A stretch of 64,000 bases of DNA from a virus: positions 1 to 64,000 of the IMG/VR virus record IMGVR_UViG_3300011116_000796; one strand, written 5' to 3'. Each line of letters begins with the position of its first letter. Position 1 is the first letter of the stretch. The position numbers and the translations under genes are program-made. Shown in pieces: positions 1-9,643 of this stretch. The notes beneath the pieces are model-generated. The model was not told where the DNA came from, did no database searches, and saw only the letters and a program-made list of their open reading frames with translations.

Positions 1-10
1 TCGCAGAGGA

Positions 11-3000
11 TTGAGTCTGAAAGAGGACTTTGGGCTTTTATCAGAAGCACCCAAGACAGACGATGTTACCATTCTTGCTCTCACATCCTCCGAAAAGGAT
101 TTAAGTGACACCATAGAAAAGACTGAAGCGATCTGTAAGAGGCGCAAGATTGAATTCTATCCTGTGAAGACATCGAAAGCACAGGTGGAAATATCGAATG
201 TTGCTTCAAAAAAGATCACTATAAAGAATTACGATGGAGAAGGTAAAGATGTAACCATCATTCCAGAGAACACAGTCGCAATCGTTCGTGGTGGCGTGAT
301 GAACACCGAAATCGGTGTAGCCATCATGACTATTCTACAGAATAATGGCGTGTTCATGGTCAATGAAAGAGCGGGTATGGAACTGTGTGCCAACAAGTTG
401 GAGACAGCCATCGCTCTCAAGAAGCATGGCCTTCCTCACCCACGCACAGCATTCGTTGCTAACGAAGAGAACATCGAATCGGCTGTCAAGGAAGTTGGTG
501 GTAAGTTTCCAATCATCTGCAAGACACTTACAGGAGCAGAGGGTATCGGGGTATCTAAGATTGAGAGCATGGAAAGTCTTAAGTCTGTACTTCAGACTCT
601 ATGGAAATATGGTGCAGAGATTATCATTCAGGAGTTCCTACCTGAATTCAAGAATGATGTTCGCAGCATCGTCCTCAACGGAAAGATATTTGCATGTGCA
701 AAACGAGACAAGGCACCTAAAGATTTCCGTACCAACATCGCCCGTGGATCAAAGGGCGGATCACATCAGTTATCTGAGGATGAAGTCAAACTAGTTGAGC
801 AAGCCGCACGGGTCAGTAAATGCTTTTATGTTGGCATCGACCATGTTATTAATGATGGCAAGCCCTACATCATTGAAATGAATGCAAGTCCTGGAAGTGG
901 TAACATTTATTACCGCTATTACGAAGATGGTAAGGGTAAAGACAATGTCAAAGGCGAAGAACTTGTAGAGGACTTCGTAGAGTACATTCTCAACAAGGCG
1001 AACTGGAAACTCTTCTCCAATCTAGCCGTCCGTGAAACTGTCAAGGTTGATGGTATCGAATACACGGCAAAGATCGACACAGGCAACAGTGGTTACAATA
1101 TGATTCATGCTGAAGACATCAAGGATAATGGAGACCACACAGTTTCATTCAAGACCATGGATGGCAAGAAGGTCACCAAGAAGATCATCAGTCGAATCAA
1201 GGTCAAGAGCGGTATCGGTGAGAAGGAAAGAATCGTTGTGTTCATGGACATTGAGTTTCATGGTAAGAGATACCCAAACATCAAGTTCAGTCTCGGTGAT
1301 CGAAGCCACATGTCAACCAAGATTCTTCTTGGATTACGATTCCTTGAGAAGACAGGATATGTAGTCGATCCTGCAAATGCAATATACCCACAACCTGATT
1401 CGAAGAAGAATTCAGTTGGAGAAGAGGAAGAAGAAGAGGAATTGCTAGAGGCTATAATTAAGGGGAAATCAAATGTTGCTGGTGCGGTCTTTCGGGTGAT
1501 GCGTAACCCCGAGACAGCAAAGAAGATAGTCGAACTCTCTAAACTCTGGAAATCAGGTTCAAGTGAGTTTAGCAAGAAGTTTCAAGATCTGAAGCAGGAG
1601 ATCGTTGTTGACTACCACAAATCTTTGAACGCAGGGGCATCAGTTGCTTTGTTCATTGACCGATTCAAGTTACAGAAGGTCATTGAGAAAATCATGTACA
1701 AAATGCTTGAAGTTGGTGGTGACTTGGGGGCATATTCGGGAAAGTTGGCTTCCGTTCTTGGTTCGCAATTGACTATGGGCGATTCGGTCGATGGGGATTC
1801 TCTGCATGAAGCCGATGTCACTAAGGGAAAGAAGTTCCACACAAAGAGCGGGAAAATTAAGCCATCACCAAAAGACAAGAAGACAGGACTCCCAAAGAAG
1901 TATGTCTCTGGATTGTCGAAGCGAGAAGCAGAACTACGAAAGAAGCGGCTTGCAAAAAGAAAAGGAATGTCCGATGATGATCCTAAGACTTGGGAGTTTG
2001 TGAACCCTAAAGAAAAGAAGATCAAGACCAAGCCTTCGAAGTACACGACCGCTTTCAAGAAACTAGCCAAGAAAGGTAAGTTGAAGGCACTCAAGAATGA
2101 ATATGAAGTGAATGAGGCAATTGCAGCAATTGAAGCCTTCGAAAATCTTGACTACAGAACTCGCATGGATAGAGCAATCATGCTTGAACAGAAGTCAATT
2201 GAGAAAGGTAAAAAGGATGCTGCATCTGTTTATCGTTCTTTCATAGAGTATGAGAAGCAAATACAATACAGTAAGTATGACATACAAACTGACATGCAGG
2301 AGGAGATCGAATACTTACTGTACGAAGTAAGTCCACCGTCTGGCCCTGCTCGTCGCTTCTCAAAGAAGGAGAAGATCAAGAAGGAATTCCAAAAGCGTTA
2401 CGGTAAGCGGTGGAAAGAAGTGTTCTATGCAACTGCATGGAAGATGCACAACGACTCCTTTGATCCAGAGGTCAATATGGTCGAAGCCGCAATTGATAGA
2501 CTCTATCTCTCGCTAGAGGAAGGTGCATGGGATTGGACTGCAAAAGAAAAGCGTGGCCCTCTGAGTGTTGGTACAGACGAGATAGTCAAGACATACCGTA
2601 AAGATACTCCAGGTGAGAGAGAGCGATTGGGTGAGGAGAAGAGTGACGAGGAAAAGGATGCTCTCTATAAGGAGTGGCAAAAACTCGTAAACATGTCGGG
2701 CAAAGAGATTCAGTCTTTCCTCGACTCTGATGAAGGTAAAGAAGCGGGGCTTTCCCGTAAAGAAGCAGGCAAGGCAGGATCCGGTGGCGGAAAGATCACC
2801 AGTGGAAGAGATTCTGCCCGTGCTATCATTCGTATGCTTGACACACCAAAGGAAAAGTGGACGGCAAACGATTGGAAATGGGCTGGCAAGCAAGTCAGTT
2901 TCATCAGTCGTATGAAGGGGGCTAAGGGACCGACTAGGGACGATAAGGGTCGGCCCACTCGCAAACTGCTCGCCCTCAAAGTTTGGGGCTACAATCCGGA

Positions 3001-3013
3001 GAAGAAATCATGA
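11..3013 (+). CDS. rimK: Multidomain (probably 5'-truncated) protein: RimK-type ATP-grasp ligase + RimB/PF05618-like retropepsin protease + poly-Glu linker + DUF5824-like + DUF3140-like domains
   Basis: ATP-grasp motifs (CANKLET, GLPHPRT, FPIICKTLTGAEGIGV, IIQEFL, DVR, DFRTNIARG, GIDHV, IEMNASPG); protease motifs AKIDTG...FSLGDRSHMSTKILLGLRFL..VVDP; C-terminal LVNMSGKEI...SGRDSARAIIRML...LKVWGYNP resembles DUF3140. The frame is open to the window edge, so the TTG at 11 may not be the true start. Confidence 0.8.
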   Translation: MSLKEDFGLLSEAPKTDDVTILALTSSEKDLSDTIEKTEAICKRRKIEFYPVKTSKAQVEISNVASKKITIKNYDGEGKDVTIIPENTVAIVRGGVMNTEIGVAIMTILQNNGVFMVNERAGMELCANKLETAIALKKHGLPHPRTAFVANEENIESAVKEVGGKFPIICKTLTGAEGIGVSKIESMESLKSVLQTLWKYGAEIIIQEFLPEFKNDVRSIVLNGKIFACAKRDKAPKDFRTNIARGSKGGSHQLSEDEVKLVEQAARVSKCFYVGIDHVINDGKPYIIEMNASPGSGNIYYRYYEDGKGKDNVKGEELVEDFVEYILNKANWKLFSNLAVRETVKVDGIEYTAKIDTGNSGYNMIHAEDIKDNGDHTVSFKTMDGKKVTKKIISRIKVKSGIGEKERIVVFMDIEFHGKRYPNIKFSLGDRSHMSTKILLGLRFLEKTGYVVDPANAIYPQPDSKKNSVGEEEEEEELLEAIIKGKSNVAGAVFRVMRNPETAKKIVELSKLWKSGSSEFSKKFQDLKQEIVVDYHKSLNAGASVALFIDRFKLQKVIEKIMYKMLEVGGDLGAYSGKLASVLGSQLTMGDSVDGDSLHEADVTKGKKFHTKSGKIKPSPKDKKTGLPKKYVSGLSKREAELRKKRLAKRKGMSDDDPKTWEFVNPKEKKIKTKPSKYTTAFKKLAKKGKLKALKNEYEVNEAIAAIEAFENLDYRTRMDRAIMLEQKSIEKGKKDAASVYRSFIEYEKQIQYSKYDIQTDMQEEIEYLLYEVSPPSGPARRFSKKEKIKKEFQKRYGKRWKEVFYATAWKMHNDSFDPEVNMVEAAIDRLYLSLEEGAWDWTAKEKRGPLSVGTDEIVKTYRKDTPGERERLGEEKSDEEKDALYKEWQKLVNMSGKEIQSFLDSDEGKEAGLSRKEAGKAGSGGGKITSGRDSARAIIRMLDTPKEKWTANDWKWAGKQVSFISRMKGAKGPTRDDKGRPTRKLLALKVWGYNPEKKS

Positions 3014-3270
3014 AAGAATATAACGATCTAATTCAGAACATCACGGAGGCTCGTATTGCGGCTTTAGAAAAGAAAGCAAAGCAAAGCGGAATCTCGTATG
3101 GAATTCTAAAACAAGTTTATGATAGGGGTATGGCTGCTTGGAAAGGTGGTCACAGACCCGGTGCAACAAGTCATCAATGGGCCTTTGCCCGTGTAAATTC
3201 CTTCATTGTCGGCGGAAAGACCAGAAGAACTGCTGACAAGGATTTGTGGAAGAAAGCAAAGGGCAGTTAA
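3010..3270 (+). CDS. Small basic DUF5824-like protein (putative head-internal protein)
   Basis: GISYGILKQVYDRGMAAWKGGHRPGATSHQWAFARVNSF motif; ATG at 3010 overlaps the upstream stop (ATGA), a better start than 2983. Confidence 0.7.
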   Translation: MKEYNDLIQNITEARIAALEKKAKQSGISYGILKQVYDRGMAAWKGGHRPGATSHQWAFARVNSFIVGGKTRRTADKDLWKKAKGS

Positions 3271-3273
3271 CAC

Positions 3274-3279
3274 TAAATA
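3274..3279 (+). promoter_or_regulatory. T4-type late promoter core TAAATA
   Basis: (c/a)TAAATA recurs before many genes (also 6431, 13578, 14607, 16903, 18718, 20307, 22856, 25629, 27605, 28886, 31921, 35623, 44211, 52098, 62608); a gp55 sigma gene is present. Confidence 0.7.
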
Positions 3280-3322
3280 GACCGTAGGTGTAAAGACACA
3301 CGCATAAGAAAAGGGAAATTCT

Positions 3323-6300
3323 ATGTCACAAACAGAACCAGCGAATATTTATCTTTGGGTCGGTGGATACACAGGACATACTGGACAACATAGCGGTTGG
3401 ACTAACGGTGGAATTGCATCGTCAAATGGCTATTGGATAAACTGGGCAGATGGATCTACTACCGATAAAGGAGACTTTTCTTATAGCCCTTATTGCTGGA
3501 ATTTTCCAGAAAACTGGGTGCTTTATCACCCACCTGTAATATCAAGTGACCAAGGTAATGATATCAATACGACACAGACTCCAGGTATCTTTCCTGGATT
3601 CTCTCGGGCCTCCTCAATTCCAGGTGCTAGAGATAGAGCAATTTTTGACGCTAATGTTTCAGGAGTAATTAAAGATATTACTCTCTATGCTGATACTAGA
3701 ACAGGAATTCGTCCTGATATAGCACAAGCATGGAAAAATAAATTCCGTGCTGCCGGTTGGTATGCTTTCGCTACTACACCAGTAAATTTTTCAAATCAAC
3801 CAAATAGTGCCTCTCCAGGAGGGCTTTTTGTCCCATATGCATTCCCTTATAGAATTTCTTGTTTGTTCGGTGGATTGTCTGGCGATGGATATACTCATGG
3901 AACAAATCCGAATCCCGAACACTATCAGAGACAGTTAAACCCAACTGCACTTGCAAAAACTCTTGGACTTTATGGTCAAGAAGGCCATGATGACATGAAC
4001 GTATTTTATGAAGGTGTACACAGTAATGTTAATATGGGTGATCCTACATCCTCGGAATCTAGATATCACTGGTTCCCAGAAACTCCAGGAAATCCGGCAC
4101 CCGCAGGAGCAGATTCAAGATTTGATGGAAGAGGAAATAAAAATACATACTACGCACCTTTAGAATCCATCAGAATTGGATATGCATACCGAAAAAATGG
4201 TATCGGTGCTGGATCGAATGTTTATTATGCCCCCGGCACACCCGTTAGTTTAGTCCCACATATGGTGGTTCCTCTACCAAAATCTGGATGGGCTGGAATT
4301 GGTGTTGCTAGTCCTATGTCCTGGCCTTCAGTATTCAATCGAACGGACTGCGCTACATACTATAATGGAAACCAAGCCTTTCCTCCGAACTGGCCTGGTT
4401 TTCAGGGAAGTTCTATTAGTTCCCCCATCCCACCAAATCTTCCGGCATCGTCATCATGTGGTCCTAAGACCTACAGTAAAGGAATTCCTGGTTGGCATAT
4501 GCCTGGAGCAACACTCGGATCGGGAAGTGATTTGCTACAGTTTGTAACCCCTGACCTACCAAAACACCCACTTGGATTCCGTCAGGGAGAAATCGGTGTA
4601 CCACTTCCAACAGAATACAAAAAAGATTGGAACATGTCTAGTGGATGGCAATCCCTGAATATTACTGGTGGCGATATTGATGGCAACAGCGGCGTAGTAT
4701 TCGAAGGATCAACAGCAGCATTCTATCGAAATTCACAATCTTGGTTCAAAACACACATACCTGGAATTGGATTGCGAGTGAGAGCGGACGAAATTATTGT
4801 TAATGATCATGCATGGAGAAATGGTTATACTGCAAATTCTCTAAACGATGGAGCAAATATCAATATTCATGCTGTGCCATTTGACAGTAGATACCTCGGG
4901 GGAACTGCTGGCCTTCAATCGACAAATTGGAATACAACAAATGTTCTTGGAACCAGATTCCTTTCTACATCAAATTTCCAAACTGCTGTTAGATTGCCAG
5001 TTTGGTGGCAGTGGACATCATGGGGAATGCTGGGTGGCGATGGCCCTTATGGATCTGGATTTCAGGCACCTCCAGAGGGTAGAGCGGCGGACTGGTATTC
5101 TCTCCGACAACTCTTTGCACCACAAACCAGTGGGACCACTTATCTCAATACAAATAAGTGCGATGTTCTTCCGCCATTAGGACAGAACGGGGGACCGACT
5201 GGACCATGGCTCTCATCAGGATCGCATCAAATGCTATTGAGCGGATATTGGGGAACTATCACTAGTAAATCGGGATATTTGTCTGTGATTGGAGCAACTG
5301 CTTCCGTTGCAACAGGAGTAACTTCGTCGTATATTAAAAATTATGAGTGTGGAATAAATATTAACAATGAGCAATTTATGGATAATTTAGGGGCTGCGGA
5401 CCCCGCCAATTTTAGTGATTATGCACGCATTTGGAATGGAAGTAACACTGAATGGTGGGCTAAGAAGCATTTGTTCTTCTACTATCCATACACTAATCTA
5501 GGAACAACAGGTTCATTGTCAGAACCAACTAATTCCGCTGGAACACCAATTTTGTCGCATCTCAGTTTCCCTGCAAATTGCGTTGGTGCATTTATATCAA
5601 ATACAAATTTCGGCCATTTAAATATTGGTGTTAATGATGCAAAGTTCGATAGTTCAATTCGTCAAACCTTTAGATCGAAAACACATCTAATCAGGAGTGG
5701 CGTAAAAGTTTTAGATGGAGCCAGAACGCTATTTGCAAATGAAGACGGAAAATTTGTACGGGATCTAGTTTCAAGCGATGGAATTCAAGTATCTGGTTGG
5801 GAGACAATGTCTCCTTCGAACTGCCTGATGATTGGCACATTCGATAATAATTATGGTAATAAACCAGTTTATGCAAAGAATTTTACTACGCTAGAAGCAC
5901 ATTTGAACATGACAGCACAGAGTGAAGGTGTTGGAGTTGATGAAAACATCTCTCTGAACATGAAATACAACATGGGACCGATTGTTCGTATGGGTGGGAA
6001 TTTATATGTGAACGAAATTCGTGCAAATGGTGGGTACGTTGGAGTGCATCCAAATGCATCAGGACCAATTTCTATACTAGATGGTTATGTTGAAGGACCG
6101 ACTCTTCTTGATTTGAACTATAAATCCAATAGTTCTGGATTTGGATTGACATCTAATCAGAATGCTTTGATACTTGGTAACAGCAATGAAGGATCAGGAA
6201 TTAAGGTAATCAACACTAACATTCCAAGTAATTGGTCGGGAACTACTGGTGCGCCGGTCATGTATAGCGCAGATGAAAATGTTTCTATCTACGGATACGG

Positions 6301-6433
6301 TTCAATTATCTGCGATAGTGTTAGATTAGCAGAAGGAAAGGTCAGAATTATTCCTGATAGTTACAATGCATATAGAATTCGTGATGAAATAAAGGGTGCG
6401 ACGGCATCAGCCCACTATAGTAGTCCAATCTAA
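3323..6433 (+). CDS. Large Gly/Trp/Asn-rich putative virion protein (paralog A)
   Basis: 1036-aa ORF, late promoter upstream; N-terminal YLWVGG...W...ENW...P...D.AIF and ISCLFGG.SGDG shared with the next ORF. Confidence 0.6.
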   Translation: MSQTEPANIYLWVGGYTGHTGQHSGWTNGGIASSNGYWINWADGSTTDKGDFSYSPYCWNFPENWVLYHPPVISSDQGNDINTTQTPGIFPGFSRASSIPGARDRAIFDANVSGVIKDITLYADTRTGIRPDIAQAWKNKFRAAGWYAFATTPVNFSNQPNSASPGGLFVPYAFPYRISCLFGGLSGDGYTHGTNPNPEHYQRQLNPTALAKTLGLYGQEGHDDMNVFYEGVHSNVNMGDPTSSESRYHWFPETPGNPAPAGADSRFDGRGNKNTYYAPLESIRIGYAYRKNGIGAGSNVYYAPGTPVSLVPHMVVPLPKSGWAGIGVASPMSWPSVFNRTDCATYYNGNQAFPPNWPGFQGSSISSPIPPNLPASSSCGPKTYSKGIPGWHMPGATLGSGSDLLQFVTPDLPKHPLGFRQGEIGVPLPTEYKKDWNMSSGWQSLNITGGDIDGNSGVVFEGSTAAFYRNSQSWFKTHIPGIGLRVRADEIIVNDHAWRNGYTANSLNDGANINIHAVPFDSRYLGGTAGLQSTNWNTTNVLGTRFLSTSNFQTAVRLPVWWQWTSWGMLGGDGPYGSGFQAPPEGRAADWYSLRQLFAPQTSGTTYLNTNKCDVLPPLGQNGGPTGPWLSSGSHQMLLSGYWGTITSKSGYLSVIGATASVATGVTSSYIKNYECGININNEQFMDNLGAADPANFSDYARIWNGSNTEWWAKKHLFFYYPYTNLGTTGSLSEPTNSAGTPILSHLSFPANCVGAFISNTNFGHLNIGVNDAKFDSSIRQTFRSKTHLIRSGVKVLDGARTLFANEDGKFVRDLVSSDGIQVSGWETMSPSNCLMIGTFDNNYGNKPVYAKNFTTLEAHLNMTAQSEGVGVDENISLNMKYNMGPIVRMGGNLYVNEIRANGGYVGVHPNASGPISILDGYVEGPTLLDLNYKSNSSGFGLTSNQNALILGNSNEGSGIKVINTNIPSNWSGTTGAPVMYSADENVSIYGYGSIICDSVRLAEGKVRIIPDSYNAYRIRDEIKGATASAHYSSPI

Positions 6434-6469
6434 ATACTTAAGTAACTCAGAAAGATAAAGGAAATAAAA

Positions 6470-8971
6470 ATGGCAACATTTTACTGGATAGGCGGATTCA
6501 CCGGACACACAGGCTCCAATAGTGGATATGACGTTGGTCGTAAAATTTGGACTAACTGGATGACTGGAGCAGAAAATACAGAGGGTGATTATGTCTATGG
6601 TCCATATGCATGGGACATCAAAGAAAACTGGCTTGAACTTGATGAATTTGAAACTAGATTGCAAGCAGACGAATATGATGGTCAGAATCCAAGCCCTACT
6701 CTTTCTGTAGTAGAAGCAACGAGATTTCCAGGACAGAATTTGACTGGTGGGAATGATGTCGCTGTTTTCGGAAGATTCCATGGAAGAATGTGGAGATATA
6801 GATTGGATCCCGTCACAGGAAAACCGACATCTGTTGCTGAGGGGAAGGATTGGTATTGGCATGATATTGGAAACAACATTTCTTGTTTATTCGGGGGAAT
6901 ACAAGGAGATGGATTTACCGCTAGTGGTTTAACAGCCACAAGAGCAGGGCAAACATCAGGAATTTCTCTTATTGTGGAGAGAAACTGGATTAATGGTGCA
7001 GATATTCTTCATCCAACTATAATTGGACAGCAGTTGTCATCCTCAGATATTGCGTGTGCGGAAAGACAAGATCACTCCTGGGCAAATCCCATGAGATTCA
7101 TCCCGACTGATGTGGAAGGTAAACTTGCTGACTTTGTGCCAATCGTTAGTGCGGGTTGTGTCAAAGGACGCCTTGACGAGCGTCCTCCTCTGTTTGGAGT
7201 AGTTGATGGTAGTCACTATAGAGCGAATAACTGGACTGCTATTTACGGAAATCATGCCAATCAGTTCAGAACTGGCGAAATTGGTTTAATTAAAGATAAG
7301 AAGTATAGCGTAAGACCAGACAGTATCAATACTGCGGGAGCAACCGGAGCAACATCTAATTCAACATGGTTACACAAATTTGGTCACGTTCTGAAAGGTA
7401 CTCAACTGAATCTTCGGTGTGCAAATATCACATCAATCGATAAACCTGGCAGAGCCGCATGGCCGATGGCATTTGAATCGTTCTCAATTTTCAACGATAG
7501 TCCTGGTGGAGCCGGAACGTCAAGTACTATGCGTTATGGTAAAGTGGGTGGAGTTCCATATCAAAGAGGATATAATACCTCTGGTGTGCCAGGAAGAGTG
7601 ATCTGGGCATATGGAACAAACACGATTCAGAAGCCGAATCCAGTCGATCCAAACACCACATCCGATCTAAACGGTGTCTTCTGGAAAGAAGGTTATAAGG
7701 TTTCCAATAATTTTGTCATGGAAGAGTTTATCTGTATCAATAATGTGATGAACACGAATGAATTCACATTTGCCGATAACTTACCTTATACACAATCGTC
7801 AGGATTTGTGAAGATTATTAGAGAAGACGAAAGCGAATCACCAGCAAAATTTGCTTCTTTGCCCAATCCGAATGAGGGAGTACCATCAGCACATACCGAG
7901 GGTCCATACTCATCAACGCATGTTTCTGGCGACCCTGTAAAATACTACACATTTGCATGGCCTACCAATTATAATGCGTGGCAAAGAAAGTATTCAGGAA
8001 GATTTGTTCAACTGTCCGGAGAATGGGGATCCAGCACAGAAATTTCGTCAGCAAAAACAGAATTGCTGAATTTTAGTACCGAAAATTTGAAGATTCAAAA
8101 TGCTAGATCACATGGTGTATTTGTCGATAAAAATTCTAGTATGGCGAGTATAAAGATTGAGAAGAATAGGTACATGATAAACGGAGTTGAAATTGAAGGT
8201 AATGTTGGATCTCCACACACTCTGCAAAGTATAGAAATTAATGGTGGGTGGGAAAACCAAAGTCGCAAATATGATATCGGAACAATACCCGTTTCAAGTT
8301 CCGGTGGCTTGAATTTTAATAAGAAACCATATTGGACGGAAGCAAACAACAATGTTGACAACTGTGTAAAGATCGGACAAATCTATCAGACCACAGGAGA
8401 CAACATCATGCCTATCCCATCTTTGATCGTGAAAAGTGACAAAACATTTGCAGAGGAGTTGGGAAATCCAAATCAAACTTGGACTGATGAACGACTTTGG
8501 TTCAAACCGGGATTCAATCAGTCATTCACTCCAAATATTGTTGGGGCACCTATAGTTCGACTTGGATTTGTTCAGATAGATGATCTACAACTTCTAGGTG
8601 GAAATGTAAATGTTAGAACGGATAAGGTTCAATATCCGCCATCAGATTCAACTGCGGTAGATTGTGTGATTAGAAATGGAAATATCGCAGGACAGGGTGT
8701 TGCATTCATGATGGGTGATGTGAGAAGATCGAACGATTCAGTGAGTTCATCAGGAGCGGGGGCAAAGGGCGGCGGCGGCAGTGGAAGACAGGGAGTCAGA
8801 CAATTACTTGTTGGATTCTCACCTGAGGACAAAGGCATTGTGTTTGAACCTTCTCAAAGAGATTTCTGTGGGGGGGATTTCTTATTCGTGGCACCTTCAA
8901 ACCACACACTAAGAAATTCAGAAAGATATGCTTATATTACCAATAGTGGTTTAACTGCAACTGGAACCTAA
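6470..8971 (+). CDS. Large putative virion protein (paralog B)
   Basis: 833-aa ORF, TAAATA at 6431 and AAGGA SD; shares N-terminal motifs with 3323..6433. Confidence 0.6.
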   Translation: MATFYWIGGFTGHTGSNSGYDVGRKIWTNWMTGAENTEGDYVYGPYAWDIKENWLELDEFETRLQADEYDGQNPSPTLSVVEATRFPGQNLTGGNDVAVFGRFHGRMWRYRLDPVTGKPTSVAEGKDWYWHDIGNNISCLFGGIQGDGFTASGLTATRAGQTSGISLIVERNWINGADILHPTIIGQQLSSSDIACAERQDHSWANPMRFIPTDVEGKLADFVPIVSAGCVKGRLDERPPLFGVVDGSHYRANNWTAIYGNHANQFRTGEIGLIKDKKYSVRPDSINTAGATGATSNSTWLHKFGHVLKGTQLNLRCANITSIDKPGRAAWPMAFESFSIFNDSPGGAGTSSTMRYGKVGGVPYQRGYNTSGVPGRVIWAYGTNTIQKPNPVDPNTTSDLNGVFWKEGYKVSNNFVMEEFICINNVMNTNEFTFADNLPYTQSSGFVKIIREDESESPAKFASLPNPNEGVPSAHTEGPYSSTHVSGDPVKYYTFAWPTNYNAWQRKYSGRFVQLSGEWGSSTEISSAKTELLNFSTENLKIQNARSHGVFVDKNSSMASIKIEKNRYMINGVEIEGNVGSPHTLQSIEINGGWENQSRKYDIGTIPVSSSGGLNFNKKPYWTEANNNVDNCVKIGQIYQTTGDNIMPIPSLIVKSDKTFAEELGNPNQTWTDERLWFKPGFNQSFTPNIVGAPIVRLGFVQIDDLQLLGGNVNVRTDKVQYPPSDSTAVDCVIRNGNIAGQGVAFMMGDVRRSNDSVSSSGAGAKGGGGSGRQGVRQLLVGFSPEDKGIVFEPSQRDFCGGDFLFVAPSNHTLRNSERYAYITNSGLTATGT

Positions 8972-9001
8972 TACATACTACAGAAGAGTAAGGAAAATAA
9001 A

Positions 9002-9625
9002 ATGTTTACAGACCCTCACAATAAAAGTTTGATCATTGATGTTATGCGTGTTCTTAGTGGAGAGACCACTGAGACTCCGATCAAGCCAGTTCCACAATGG
9101 ATAACGGAGGCAGCAGAGGTTGCCGCAAGTGACATTCGATCTGTGCTTTCGGAGGGAGGTGTGGTGACAAGCGAAACTCGTCGTGACATTCTCCGCAAGC
9201 ACCTCTCAAGTGCAATTGAAGAGTGCAACTGCTCTGTAAATGGTGAAACTCCACTTCAGTTTGAAGAAGAAGTTCGCAAGATGGAGCGTAAAGGCGTTGA
9301 AATCACCGAGAAAGCGTTCGCCAACAATAACCTGTTGGATGAGGTGGAGATCGAAGAAGCCCGTATAGGTATGGGTCGCAAAAATGAGCCGCTGTCTAGA
9401 ACCTTGAAGAGAGCAGCAAAGGCGATGAAGATTACAGGGAAGGCTCCCCCCAAACCAGCCACTCCACCCGAAAAGAAGGAAGAAGTCGAGGACGGTGAGG
9501 TGGATAGCGTTCAGGAAGAAACTGAAAGAATCAACGAGATCGTTGATGGTCTTCGTGAATTTGTGTCAAAACTGTCTGAAGAAGAAGTATCGGTACTTCG
9601 TACCATTATCAACGAAAACAACTGA
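9002..9625 (+). CDS. Acidic hypothetical protein, possible prohead core/internal protein
   Basis: SD AAGGA; many I/L-x-E motifs (ITEA, LSEG, IEE, INE). Confidence 0.5.
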   Translation: MFTDPHNKSLIIDVMRVLSGETTETPIKPVPQWITEAAEVAASDIRSVLSEGGVVTSETRRDILRKHLSSAIEECNCSVNGETPLQFEEEVRKMERKGVEITEKAFANNNLLDEVEIEEARIGMGRKNEPLSRTLKRAAKAMKITGKAPPKPATPPEKKEEVEDGEVDSVQEETERINEIVDGLREFVSKLSEEEVSVLRTIINENN

Positions 9626-9643
9626 GTCAACTAGGAGAAACAA

